Notes: generated from the sequence alone by a model not told the origin. 64,000 bases of DNA from Gammaproteobacteria bacterium (GCA_965116495.1 OZ220696.1:4160001-4224000), one strand, 5' to 3'; positions 20,487 to 30,547 are shown, counted from the stretch's first letter. Program-made: numbers and translations.

Positions 20487-21077
20487 TCAGTTCAGTGCGC
20501 CGATCACTGTCAGCATTTTTACCGGAACGGTAACCAGTTCCACGGGACCATGGGGTGATGAAGGGTCGAAATAAAGTGAATCACCGGGATGCATGTGGTA
20601 GGTACGGTCGCCTTCCTGGTACTTCAACTCCCCTTCAAGAACATACATGAACTCGATACCTTCATGAAATATCAGGGGAAATTCTTCGGTCTTTTCCGTC
20701 AGTGTAATCAGGTAGGGTTCCAGTTTTATGTCGGAATGGAACGTGTGGCCGAGGAGCTGGTACTGGTGCCCGATGCGGTTGTCGTGACGTTGCACGATTA
20801 ACCCCTGACCGGACTTGACGAAAGTCGACTCATGACTTTGGCGCACATTCTGAAACAGGTTTGCAAGTGAGATGCCCAGTGCATCACTCAGGGATTTCAG
20901 GGTAGACAGGGACGGGGAAGTATGACCGTTTTCTATTCTCGACAGCATGGAAACGGAGATCTTGGCAATTCTGGATAATTCATGCACAGAAAGGCTTTTT
21001 TTCTTCCTGGCGCGGCGAATCGTTTCGCCGAGCATCTGCTCCAGGTGTCCGGCTTCCTCTAAAGATTGTGTATTCAT
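20487..21077 (-). CDS. XRE-family HTH plus cupin transcriptional regulator
   Basis: HTH LSRIAKISVSMLSRIENGHTSPSL, cupin HEGIEFMYVLEG...PGDSLYFD...PH; start at 21077 or 21035 (the longer ORF-track frame overlaps soxB). Confidence 0.88.
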   Translation of the reverse strand: MNTQSLEEAGHLEQMLGETIRRARKKKSLSVHELSRIAKISVSMLSRIENGHTSPSLSTLKSLSDALGISLANLFQNVRQSHESTFVKSGQGLIVQRHDNRIGHQYQLLGHTFHSDIKLEPYLITLTEKTEEFPLIFHEGIEFMYVLEGELKYQEGDRTYHMHPGDSLYFDPSSPHGPVELVTVPVKMLTVIGALN

Positions 21078-21080
21078 GTT

Positions 21081-22316
21081 ATGAGGTACTCCATCTTCAG
21101 TCTTGTCCGTAATGCTATAGGTTATCACCAAAACTGGCAAAAAGCCTGGCGCAGTCCCGATCCGAAACGTGAATACGACGTCATTATCATCGGTGGCGGC
21201 GGCCACGGCCTGGGTGCGGCCTGGTACCTGGCCAGGGACCACGGTATCACCAATGTCGCAGTGCTGGAAAAGGGCTGGCTGGGCGGTGGCAACACGGCCA
21301 GGAATACCATGACGATCCGGGACAATTATATCCGCGGCCCCAGCGTGCCGTTCCATCGTGAGTCCATGAAGCTGTGGCGCGGGTTGAGCCGGGAGTTGAA
21401 CTACAACGTGATGCTGCATGAGCGGGGAATGATCACGTTTTTACAGACCGGCAGCGGGGTCAGCCACGCGCAGCGCATGGCCAATACCATGAATGTGTTC
21501 GATTCGGAATACATCATGCTGTCCCTGGATGAACTCAAGCGGCGAGTCCCTTTTTTCAACGACACGGCCAGGATGCCGGTCATCGGTGCGGTCTATCATA
21601 AAAAGATTGCCATGGCGCGCCACGATGCCGTGGCCTGGGGCTATGCCCGCGCCGCCGACAGCCGGGGTGTCGATATTGTCCAGAACTGTGAAGTGACCGG
21701 CATATTGCGGGAAGGCAACCGGGTGACCGGCGTTGACACCAACCGCGGCGTGATCAAGGCGAAAAAGATCGGGATGGCCGTTGCGGGGCACGGCAGCGTG
21801 GTGGCGGACATGGCAGGGATTCGGCTGCCGCTGGAAACCTGGCCGCTGCAGGCGCTGGTGTCAACGCCGGTGAAGCCGGTACTGAATGAAATTTTCGTCG
21901 TCGACAGTTTTCACAATTACTTCATGCAGTCGGACAAGGGGGAACTGGTGGTCGGCGGTGTCACCGATCCCTATCCATCCTACGCGCAACGCGGGTCGCC
22001 GCAAATCATGGAGCATGTGATTGAAGGTCTGACAGATATCTTTCCCGTGTTCAAACGGATGAAGTTCATGCGGCAATGGGCAGGTATGCTGGATATTACC
22101 TACGACAACAGTCCAATTATTTCCGGGACCGATCTGAAAGGATTCTATATCGATGTGGCCGGCTCCGGCGGGTTCAAGACGACGCCGGTCGCCGCAAAAA
22201 TGCACGCCGATCTCATCGCCAATGGTCGTCCCCATCCCTTGATTGAGGAATTCGGCCTGAACCGCTTCCAGAGCGGCAGGCTGATCGTAGAGGGAGGCGT
22301 CGATGCCAACCGTTGA
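21081..22316 (+). CDS. soxB: sarcosine oxidase family beta subunit
   Basis: MRYSIFSL..AWRSPDPK, GGGGHGLG, GGGNTARN, ARHDAVAWGYARAA, GGFKTTP; could equally be the N-methylglutamate dehydrogenase paralogue. Confidence 0.85.
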   Translation: MRYSIFSLVRNAIGYHQNWQKAWRSPDPKREYDVIIIGGGGHGLGAAWYLARDHGITNVAVLEKGWLGGGNTARNTMTIRDNYIRGPSVPFHRESMKLWRGLSRELNYNVMLHERGMITFLQTGSGVSHAQRMANTMNVFDSEYIMLSLDELKRRVPFFNDTARMPVIGAVYHKKIAMARHDAVAWGYARAADSRGVDIVQNCEVTGILREGNRVTGVDTNRGVIKAKKIGMAVAGHGSVVADMAGIRLPLETWPLQALVSTPVKPVLNEIFVVDSFHNYFMQSDKGELVVGGVTDPYPSYAQRGSPQIMEHVIEGLTDIFPVFKRMKFMRQWAGMLDITYDNSPIISGTDLKGFYIDVAGSGGFKTTPVAAKMHADLIANGRPHPLIEEFGLNRFQSGRLIVEGGVDANR

Positions 22317-22334
22317 CCCGGAGGGTGCGATAAC

Positions 22335-22601
22335 ATGTTGTTGATCTCCTGTCCCTGGTGCGGTGCGCGTAACGAGGACGAATTCCTGAACGGCGGCGAA
22401 GCAGAAAAGCGCCGGCCTGCGGATCCGGCACAGGCCGGCAGCGAAGAGTGGTATCGATACCTTTACACTCCTGCAAATACGAAAGGCTGGCTGCGTGAAC
22501 GCTGGTGGCATGTAAGAGGGTGCCGGCGCTGGTTCAAGATCGACCGCGATACCCACACCCATGAAATGAAACAGGTGCCGGAGACAGACCAGTGGCGCTG
22601 A
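22335..22601 (+). CDS. soxD: sarcosine oxidase family delta subunit
   Basis: CPWCG.RNEDEF, ERWWHVRGCRRWF zinc site. Confidence 0.88.
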   Translation: MLLISCPWCGARNEDEFLNGGEAEKRRPADPAQAGSEEWYRYLYTPANTKGWLRERWWHVRGCRRWFKIDRDTHTHEMKQVPETDQWR

Positions 22602-25567
22602 ACGGAAACCGCTTTCGATTGCCTGCGGGCGGACGCATCGACCGGAGCAGACCGGTTACATTCCGGTTCAACGGAAAAACCATGCAGGGATATGCCGGCG
22701 ATACTCTGGCATCGGCCCTGTTGGCGAATGGGGTGAGACTCGTCGGGCGCAGTTTCAAATACCATCGCCCGCGCGGAGTTATGAGCGCCGGAATTGAGGA
22801 AACCAATGCCGTCGTCCAACTCACCGGCAGGGAAGATGAACCGGGCCTCGTCGCAACCGCCGTCCCACTGTACGAGGGCCTGGAAGCCGTCAGCGTTACC
22901 GGCTGGCCGGGCGTGCGCCGGGACCTTGGTGCGATCAACGACTGGCTGCACCGCCTGTTCCCGGCCGGCTTTTATTACAAGACCTTCATGTGGCCCAATA
23001 ACTGGTGGAACATCTACGGCTGGTTTATCCGCCGTATGGCGGGCCTGGGGAAAGCCCCCGAAACATACAGGCCGGAAGACCGCTACGAAAAACGCTACCA
23101 TCATTGCGATGTGCTCGTCGTCGGCGCAGGTTCTGCCGGGCTTGCGGCCGCACTGGCCGCCGGAACGAGCGGCGCCCGCGTCATGCTGGTCGATGAACGG
23201 GTTGAGGCAGGCGGGTCGCTGTTGGGCGCTGAAAAGGAAATCGATGGCAAGCCCGCCCTTGACTGGGTGGCCGGAACCGTTCGCCGGTTACGGGAAATGC
23301 CGGAAGTAATCCACCTGCAACGTACCACTGTTGCAGGCTACTACGATCATAATATGGTTTATGCGCTGGAGCATGAGCCGGAACAAACGTGGTTGCGCGA
23401 AAGACTATGGCGGATAAGGGCAAAACAGGTCATTATTGCCGCCGGCGCTCTGGAACGCCCCCTGGTTTTCCCGGACAACGACCGGCCGGGCGTCATGCTT
23501 GCTTCCGCTGCCGCTGCCTACGTCTGCCGCTATGGCGTGAGGCCGGGCACGAGATCTGTTTTCATTACCAACAACAACAGCGCTTATGAGTCGGCCTTTA
23601 TCCTCGCCCGCCGTAATATTCATATTGCTGCCATTCTGGATACGCGCCGGCACATCGGCAACGGGTTACGCGAACAGGCCGGGGAACTCGGGATTATGGT
23701 TTTAACCCACTACGGGATTAAATCGGTTAAAGGAAAAAATTCTGTATCAGGACTGACAGCCGCGCCCGTGGATGACCTTGCCCGGGAAGAATATTTTGCC
23801 TGCGACCTGGTATGCGTCTCAGGCGGATGGAACCCGACCCTGCACCTGCAGTCGCAGTCGGGAGCAAAACCGGTCTATTCCGAACGTCTTGCCGGTTTTA
23901 TTCCCGGCGAGTCCGTGCAGGCGGAAATAACGGCAGGTGCGACCAACGGCCACTTCAGCACCGGCGAATGTTTAACTGACGGTATCGAGGCCGGCTGCCG
24001 GGCGGCGCGCTTGTGCGGGCATGAACCGGACCCGCCGCAACAGCCGGTTGCTGGGCAGGAGACAGACTATTCTATTGAAGCCATATGGGAACTGCCTGCT
24101 GTTGACAGGAACAGGCGCACCTTCCTGGATTACCAGGACGATGTCACCAGCGCGGATGTAAAGCTCGCCTTGTGCGAGAACTACGCCTCGGTTGAACTGG
24201 TGAAACGCTATACCACGGCAGGCATGGGTATCGACCAGGGCAAGGTCAGCAACGTGAATACCATCGGCGTCATTTCCGCGCAGACCGGAACCGCCCCCGG
24301 CGCCGTTGGTACCACGACTTACCGGCCGCCTTACAGCCCGGTCAGTTTTGGCGCCTGGGCCGGGATCGACCAGGGAGACATAATTTTTCCGGCCCGCCGC
24401 ACCCCGGTTACGCAATGGTTCGAGAGATACCGGGCAAACTTTGATGAGGCCGGTGCATTATGGCGCCGGCCGTTTCAGATCCCCCGTAACGGGGAAACAT
24501 CGGAGCAAGCGGTCAGCCGGGAGGCGCTGGAAGTACGCAACGGCGTTGGTATTTACGACGGTACGCCGCTGGGAAAGATTGAAATAACCGGCCCCGATGC
24601 GGTGACGTTTCTGAACAGGGTTTATACCAACGACTGGAATAATCTGCCCATCGGCATGGGCAGATTCGGTTTCATGCTGTATGAAGACGGCAGGATGTTT
24701 GATGACGGGGTGACATTTCGCCTGGGTGAGACCCATTACCTGATGACAACCGGGTCCGGTGTTGCGGACGCCGTCCATACTCACCTGGAACGGTTACTCC
24801 AGTGTGAATGGCGTGATTTGCAAGTTTATCTTACCCAGGTGACGGAACAGTGGGCCAATATCTGTGTGTGCGGGCCCCAAGCCAGAGATGTCCTGGTTAA
24901 AGCCGGGACTGATATTGATCTGGATAAACAGGCATTTCCTTTCATGGCAACTCGCACAGGCAGGGTCGGCGGGTTTGCCGCACGCGTCGCCAGGGTCAGT
25001 TATACCGGGGAACTCAGTTTTGAAATCAATGTCCGGGCCAGGGATGGCTTGGCCATGTGGGAGGCATTGATGGAAGCCGGCAGGAAATACGATATTACCC
25101 CGGTCGGATCGGAAACGAGTCTGCTGCTGCGGCTGGAGAAAGGTTTTATCGCCGCATGGGCCGAGGGTGACGGTTATGCCAACCTGTATGATGCCGGAAT
25201 GGGTTGGGTGATCGATAACGGGAAACCGGATTTTATCGGCAAACGCGCACTGGACCAGGCCCGGAATTCAGGTGGAGTCCGGCCACATATCGTCGGCCTG
25301 GTACCTGAAGACCCCAAATTCGTTCCACCGGATGGCGCTCCGCTCATCAAACCGGATGAGACTGACGAGGCAAAAAAAATGATCGGTCACGTGACTGCCG
25401 GCGGGTACAGTCCCAATCTCGGTCACGCCATCGCCCTGGCGCAGTTGCACAACGGCCGGGAGCGGACGGGCAGTACAGTCACTATATCAACGGTTGAGAG
25501 ATCTGTGGTCGCCAGGGTCACTGAACCGGTGTTTATCGACCCTGCCGGTGAACGGATGCGGAGTTAG
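22592..25567 (+). CDS. soxA: sarcosine oxidase family alpha subunit
   Basis: GDTLASALLANG, RSFKYHRPRG, AGFYYKTFMWP, KRYTTAGMG.DQGK, C-terminal GcvT-like folate-binding domain (RVSYTGELSFEI). Confidence 0.9.
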   Translation: MALNGNRFRLPAGGRIDRSRPVTFRFNGKTMQGYAGDTLASALLANGVRLVGRSFKYHRPRGVMSAGIEETNAVVQLTGREDEPGLVATAVPLYEGLEAVSVTGWPGVRRDLGAINDWLHRLFPAGFYYKTFMWPNNWWNIYGWFIRRMAGLGKAPETYRPEDRYEKRYHHCDVLVVGAGSAGLAAALAAGTSGARVMLVDERVEAGGSLLGAEKEIDGKPALDWVAGTVRRLREMPEVIHLQRTTVAGYYDHNMVYALEHEPEQTWLRERLWRIRAKQVIIAAGALERPLVFPDNDRPGVMLASAAAAYVCRYGVRPGTRSVFITNNNSAYESAFILARRNIHIAAILDTRRHIGNGLREQAGELGIMVLTHYGIKSVKGKNSVSGLTAAPVDDLAREEYFACDLVCVSGGWNPTLHLQSQSGAKPVYSERLAGFIPGESVQAEITAGATNGHFSTGECLTDGIEAGCRAARLCGHEPDPPQQPVAGQETDYSIEAIWELPAVDRNRRTFLDYQDDVTSADVKLALCENYASVELVKRYTTAGMGIDQGKVSNVNTIGVISAQTGTAPGAVGTTTYRPPYSPVSFGAWAGIDQGDIIFPARRTPVTQWFERYRANFDEAGALWRRPFQIPRNGETSEQAVSREALEVRNGVGIYDGTPLGKIEITGPDAVTFLNRVYTNDWNNLPIGMGRFGFMLYEDGRMFDDGVTFRLGETHYLMTTGSGVADAVHTHLERLLQCEWRDLQVYLTQVTEQWANICVCGPQARDVLVKAGTDIDLDKQAFPFMATRTGRVGGFAARVARVSYTGELSFEINVRARDGLAMWEALMEAGRKYDITPVGSETSLLLRLEKGFIAAWAEGDGYANLYDAGMGWVIDNGKPDFIGKRALDQARNSGGVRPHIVGLVPEDPKFVPPDGAPLIKPDETDEAKKMIGHVTAGGYSPNLGHAIALAQLHNGRERTGSTVTISTVERSVVARVTEPVFIDPAGERMRS

Positions 25568-25570
25568 TCC

Positions 25571-26080
25571 ATGGCTTATGACGTCAACATCATTCAACAA
25601 TCGGCCTATGGTTTGCTGAACCTGCGCGGCGCTGAAGATATCTGCAAGCGCTTTAACGCTGTCCTCGGTTTCGAACTGCCGCGCACGCCCAACAGCACAA
25701 CCGGGAACAGGGAAATCACGGCAATGTGGTTGGGTCCCGATGAGTGGCTGGTTAAAATGGATGATGGCAAAGAGGTAGCGCTGGCCGATGCATTGCGGGA
25801 AGCGGTCAAAGGCCGACATGCGGCAATCACACAGGTTTCCGACTCCTACCTGGTATTCAGAATTTCCGGCAATGATGCCGCTGCGGTGCTCAACCAGGGC
25901 ACAGGCATTGATTTGCACCCGCGCACGTTCAGTACCGGAATATGTGTGCGCACCAGCCTGGGCAAAATGGCAGTGATCCTTCACCAGGTGGATGACGTCC
26001 CCTCCTATGACGTTTATGTCTGGCGCAGCTATGCAAATTATTCAAGCCTGTGGCTGGATAAAGCGGCGGGCACCGGTTAG
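25571..26080 (+). CDS. soxG: sarcosine oxidase family gamma subunit
   Basis: WLGPDEWL, IDLHPR.F, VWRSYA.Y. Confidence 0.88.
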   Translation: MAYDVNIIQQSAYGLLNLRGAEDICKRFNAVLGFELPRTPNSTTGNREITAMWLGPDEWLVKMDDGKEVALADALREAVKGRHAAITQVSDSYLVFRISGNDAAAVLNQGTGIDLHPRTFSTGICVRTSLGKMAVILHQVDDVPSYDVYVWRSYANYSSLWLDKAAGTG

Positions 26081-26101
26081 CCTCTCCCGCTTCGTTACAT
26101 C

Positions 26102-26686
26102 ATGTCAGAAATTGATCTTGAACAGCTAATAAGTAAGCCAATTTATGCACTAGACTTCCAACGAATGATTGCAGATATAGCGGACTTCCTTGATTTTTCT
26201 GAGATCAATATTGAGCTGAAATACCGCTATGAAATTAGTTTGCCGCTAAAGGTGCGATACGGGGCAGTACTATCATTAATTACTTCGGTAGAGTGGTCAG
26301 TTCATATCTTCGAGCAGTGGCTTACACAGCCAATCAGTTATGAAGACAAACCTAAAGGTTTCAATAAAACTGTATATGCAATATCCGAACTGGAAAACCG
26401 TACTGGTATAGGAAATGTTGAAATAGTTGAGGATTACAAAGCTCTTGTGTACGTTCGGAATTGTATTGCACATAATGCAGGGATAGAAAAGGGATATAGC
26501 TATCAAAGGGATCTTTTAGAGGCTGTTAACAGGCTTTCCGGCTTTTCATTGGATAACTGGAGTTTCTTCGGGAAACAGGTATGTATCCAGAAAGGAGCTT
26601 TAGCTCCATACATTGAAAAACTGCACAACTTTATCGTTAAATGTCACGAATCAGCGGAAGCAGACGGACTATTGCGCTCCAGCTAA
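26102..26686 (+). CDS. hypothetical protein with HEPN-like RxxxxH motif
   Basis: Helical protein containing VRNCIAHNAG. Confidence 0.55.
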   Translation: MSEIDLEQLISKPIYALDFQRMIADIADFLDFSEINIELKYRYEISLPLKVRYGAVLSLITSVEWSVHIFEQWLTQPISYEDKPKGFNKTVYAISELENRTGIGNVEIVEDYKALVYVRNCIAHNAGIEKGYSYQRDLLEAVNRLSGFSLDNWSFFGKQVCIQKGALAPYIEKLHNFIVKCHESAEADGLLRSS

Positions 26687-26734
26687 AGGAAATAGAGAAG
26701 CACAGCCAATAAAATAAGTTGCGAAACAGTCTCC

Positions 26735-29128
26735 ATGATCATCTCCCCGAGTAATAACTCCAGGTTTCGCGAAAAACTACGCTTATGGAGAACCCTGTTC
26801 ATCCATCGCTGGCACGCGCCACAGACGCTAGGGGAGCAGTATGGACAGCCCGGTGCAGGAATGCGGTTTGAGCATATCAACCACCGGGAATCCCTGACTC
26901 AATATCTCTGGCGCTACGGCGCCTTCGCGGAAAACAGGGAGGGAACAGGGAGAGTGGGTATCAAGTCTAACCCGCCCCTGCAAAAAGGACTACAAGTCAC
27001 CATTAAGGAACTTCAGAGAGAAGCGCCAGGGTTACTGTCCAGCGCTGTCGAGTACGCAATATTCAGATATGGCATTCCCGATAGTGCTGTTAATGAGGCT
27101 GTAATGCAGCAGCACAAATTAAAGTTGGATGAATTGGCATTGCAACATCCTGCCATTGTTGAGTTTGCCGAGAAGTTGTACCAGTTGCACCAGAACATGC
27201 TCCCGTTTTATTTGCAGATGCGCTACCTCACGTGGGATGAACTCCAAGATTATAATGATGGGAAAATGCCGATGTTGTCCCCGCTACGTCCTGTAGACGG
27301 GACTTCTCAAGCCGGGAAAGACCCTGTTTTTGTTACCGGCGACCCCGCCACCGCGCTGCTCGATACATTTTCCAGGAATATTTATAATGCGCTATGCTGG
27401 CGTGCGAGGTATGAGTTATTCAAGGTGATGCCATCGGCTACCTCGGCTGGGACAGGAAAGAAGGGAATGTGGTCAGCCGCCATTATTTCCGATGAAGTAA
27501 AGAGGTTTTTCGTTACGGATGAAGCATTGATACAAACCCTCTCCAGCCTGGATGAGCTTGCGTTCCCCTGGTTGTTTCGTGCCCTGGCAACCTTCAAAAC
27601 AGCGGTTTCGACCATGATTACCGCCATGCCTATGTTCATCATCAAGAATTTTTTTCGTGACACACTGGCCGGTTTTGTCGCGGGACGATATTGGCAAGTC
27701 CCGTTCTTGAGCACACTGGTTGGTGCAGGTAGTGCGATTCGTGACATGGCGACTGGTGAAGATAATCTGATGCGGAGTTATTTACTGCAAGGAGGATTTT
27801 ATTCCGGACTTGTCGAAGCTGAGGTAAGTATGGATGTAAAGGTACACGCGTTATTCGATAGCCGGCGCTTCCCGAAGAGCCGAAAATTTCTTAAACGCCT
27901 TGTGCACATATTGACCCGACCAGCCTGGGTAGCTGAGGCAGGAACGCGTGTTAGTCAATATGATGAGGCCCTGACAGCAGGAGCTAACTGGTATGATGCG
28001 ATACGAGCCGCCCGCATGGTTTCATCGGACTTTGCCAACATAGGCGCCTCCCGAGGCTGGCGAATGTACGTTCACACCGTCCCTTTTCTGAATGCGGCCA
28101 TTCAGGGCTTCGACCAACTTTATCAGATAGGCCGCCCTGAATATCGCGCTGATCCGGATGCGCCAAGATGGGGGAAGAAGCGCAGGCAACATGTCAGGAA
28201 GACACTATGTGCCGGGGTCATTCTGGCAGGCATGGCCTTTGGGATTTGGTCGTGGAATACCGGTGATGAGAACCGCCTTGAGCAATATCTGGGAGAGACA
28301 GCCTATGAAAAAGCATCCTACTTGACTCTCTATGATGCTGACGGCATGGATATCCGTATTCCCGTCCCCTTTCAGATAGGGGCTGCTTTCATGAAACTAC
28401 CTGAAATTAGTTTTGACTTGTCCTCGGATACAAATACCCTGGCAGGCCCTCGATTTGCGTGGTCGTTGATTCAGGGTAATCTGGCAGTGAGCTGGTTGCC
28501 GGCCATCCTGCAACCCGTCTGGGAGGTCAAAACAAACCGGAATTTCTTTGGCGCTCCCATTATACCGGGTTACATGATGAATTGGCCGGCCAGCCGCCAG
28601 TTCCATAGCAGGTCAACGCCGGAACTACTGATCCAGGCCGGGCAACTGACAGGTGTTTCGCCCTTGCACCTGCAAACTTTCCTTCGCAGTTGGACCGGCC
28701 ATCTAGGCAACCTCGTTATCACGAGTGTAGATGAAGCCACGTGGGACGTGGAACGATATGGGGAAAAACCGTTCCCGAGAACCTTTGGCCTTGCAACTGG
28801 CTTGGCCAGTATACACGCGCCACAATTCAAACCCTACGACCGCTGGAGTGAGGAATATTATAAACTGGCAAACTGGGGTGAAGCGTGGTCAAGAAGTAGC
28901 CATGATAGAATCCCTGAAGCAATGATCATCAATCAAATTCACGGCATGGTACGGGGTGACCTGCGAGATATACAGCAAGCAATAGACAGTATTCCGAGAC
29001 AAAAAAGCGTGTCCAGAGTGGAGAAGGAGCAACGAATAGCCAGTCTGTATTCGACAAGATTGAGAATTATTGAAAATGTGCTGCCGATAATGTGGGAGCA
29101 TTATAACAAGTGGAAACAGGGTGATTAG
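26735..29128 (+). CDS. LPD38 (large polyvalent protein domain 38)-containing protein
   Basis: KNFFRD, DFANIG, VPFLNAAIQG, IRIPVPFQIG, NRNFFGAPII, GVSP...SWTGHLG recalled as LPD38 signature segments. Confidence 0.7.
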   Translation: MIISPSNNSRFREKLRLWRTLFIHRWHAPQTLGEQYGQPGAGMRFEHINHRESLTQYLWRYGAFAENREGTGRVGIKSNPPLQKGLQVTIKELQREAPGLLSSAVEYAIFRYGIPDSAVNEAVMQQHKLKLDELALQHPAIVEFAEKLYQLHQNMLPFYLQMRYLTWDELQDYNDGKMPMLSPLRPVDGTSQAGKDPVFVTGDPATALLDTFSRNIYNALCWRARYELFKVMPSATSAGTGKKGMWSAAIISDEVKRFFVTDEALIQTLSSLDELAFPWLFRALATFKTAVSTMITAMPMFIIKNFFRDTLAGFVAGRYWQVPFLSTLVGAGSAIRDMATGEDNLMRSYLLQGGFYSGLVEAEVSMDVKVHALFDSRRFPKSRKFLKRLVHILTRPAWVAEAGTRVSQYDEALTAGANWYDAIRAARMVSSDFANIGASRGWRMYVHTVPFLNAAIQGFDQLYQIGRPEYRADPDAPRWGKKRRQHVRKTLCAGVILAGMAFGIWSWNTGDENRLEQYLGETAYEKASYLTLYDADGMDIRIPVPFQIGAAFMKLPEISFDLSSDTNTLAGPRFAWSLIQGNLAVSWLPAILQPVWEVKTNRNFFGAPIIPGYMMNWPASRQFHSRSTPELLIQAGQLTGVSPLHLQTFLRSWTGHLGNLVITSVDEATWDVERYGEKPFPRTFGLATGLASIHAPQFKPYDRWSEEYYKLANWGEAWSRSSHDRIPEAMIINQIHGMVRGDLRDIQQAIDSIPRQKSVSRVEKEQRIASLYSTRLRIIENVLPIMWEHYNKWKQGD

Positions 29129-29129
29129 C

Positions 29130-29714
29130 TCACCTATTTACCGTGCCTGAGTGGTGAGCGAGTTGACCGTCCACACCGTTGAAGAAAAGAGATACACCTT
29201 CCATCACATCGCGAATGTTCTGAAGGTCGATCATTCGGTACGGGAGGACGAAAAGGACACCCTCTTTATCGCTGGGATAACGAAACGCCTGCGCCGATTT
29301 ATCCAGGCCGTGGAACTCTTTGATCACCCCTTCGACAACAGAGATAGCATCACTCTCTGACCCCACCTCAATGATAATCTGTTTACACAGATGCCACAGT
29401 TTCCAGAGATTATGGTGTTCAATATCATCGATGTGTACTGTTGAATAGCTGCCATATTGAGTAATAACCCATTTTGTTGCCAGTTCAATTGCATGTCTGT
29501 AGTTGAACAGAAGGGGATAGATCAGGAAGTGTCGCTCGTGGCTGTGTTCCTCGCAGGCCTGAACGAGCAACTCACCCGCTTTCATGTAGCCGTCCCATAT
29601 AAATACGTGCCGGGAAATTTCGTCGTTTGAGAATGTTGCTCCATGATCCCAGACTTGGGATTCGCGTAGGAGTCTATCGCCCTCCTTGGGCAGACGGTAT
29701 TTTGATTTTATCAC
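29130..29714 (-). CDS. hypothetical protein, possible HEPN-fold
   Basis: YPLLFNYRHAIELATK, HNLWKLW, DKSAQAFRYP pattern. Confidence 0.6.
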   Translation of the reverse strand: MIKSKYRLPKEGDRLLRESQVWDHGATFSNDEISRHVFIWDGYMKAGELLVQACEEHSHERHFLIYPLLFNYRHAIELATKWVITQYGSYSTVHIDDIEHHNLWKLWHLCKQIIIEVGSESDAISVVEGVIKEFHGLDKSAQAFRYPSDKEGVLFVLPYRMIDLQNIRDVMEGVSLFFNGVDGQLAHHSGTVNR

Positions 29715-29863
29715 TTTATCAAGAAGAAGTGTTTTCCAATATGAAATGAGCCTGAAGGGGGGACGCCTATTTAACCAGAAACATGTGCTAAAATCCTACG
29801 CGTTAGCTTTAGGCAGGATTGCGAAAGCAGAATAAACACTCGGATACATGGCAAGGTTAAGTT

Positions 29864-30160
29864 ATGAGGATATTGATCCCATATTTATCATCTATGCTAT
29901 TAATATCGCCCGTGGCTAACAGCGATGATTCTTCTATGTGCTCTTACATACAGGAAAGATGTGATGATGAAATAATAAGCGGTAATTTCGACGGATTATA
30001 CTGTCAAGTATATCGTTTTTGTACTCCTAACTGCACCTACCAACTTGATGTCTGTATATCTGAAAAGATACAAAAGGGATCAAATACGGGGGAACGCTGT
30101 GCTGAATGGGTGAAATGCTGCGATGATATCTTTCCGTATAAAGCTAGAGGTTGCGGATAA
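29864..30160 (+). CDS. small secreted cysteine-rich protein
   Basis: Signal-peptide-like N-terminus (VANS/D) and 10 Cys in about 80 mature residues. Confidence 0.5.
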   Translation: MRILIPYLSSMLLISPVANSDDSSMCSYIQERCDDEIISGNFDGLYCQVYRFCTPNCTYQLDVCISEKIQKGSNTGERCAEWVKCCDDIFPYKARGCG

Positions 30161-30204
30161 TATAATGACTGGCCTGTAAGAAGGTCATAGTGCGTATTAC
30201 GTAG

Positions 30205-30474
30205 ATGAATATGAAAAACTTGATTGACAGACTTATTGACATTTGGCACCTGCTCCGACGTTTTAACGAGCTGGAGAAAAAGTTACAAACTCCAACGACC
30301 ATGGTGGGTCAGATAAACAATTTTGGTTCGTTATTTTTCTCTAATCAACATTCCTTCGGCCCAAAAGAAAAAATTTCCAGTAGAACCATTGACTGCATAG
30401 AAGTTATTTCAAAGGAAGAATTTGAGGCTCTCCCGGAGAAGAATGATAGAACACTTTATCTCACTATGCAGTGA
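30205..30474 (+). CDS. small protein ending in a phage tail-fibre-type motif
   Basis: C-terminal IEVISKEEFEALPEKNDRTLYL. Confidence 0.55.
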   Translation: MNMKNLIDRLIDIWHLLRRFNELEKKLQTPTTMVGQINNFGSLFFSNQHSFGPKEKISSRTIDCIEVISKEEFEALPEKNDRTLYLTMQ

Positions 30475-30547
30475 AATCCGAATCCACTCCCGCCGGTTTG
30501 AAACAGTGCTAGTGATGATAGTTGTCTTCTAAGATAGGTAAGATCCT

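Noticed and set aside
21078-21419. Extended 310-aa version of the XRE regulator
   Set aside because: The extension is antisense to the conserved soxB N-terminus
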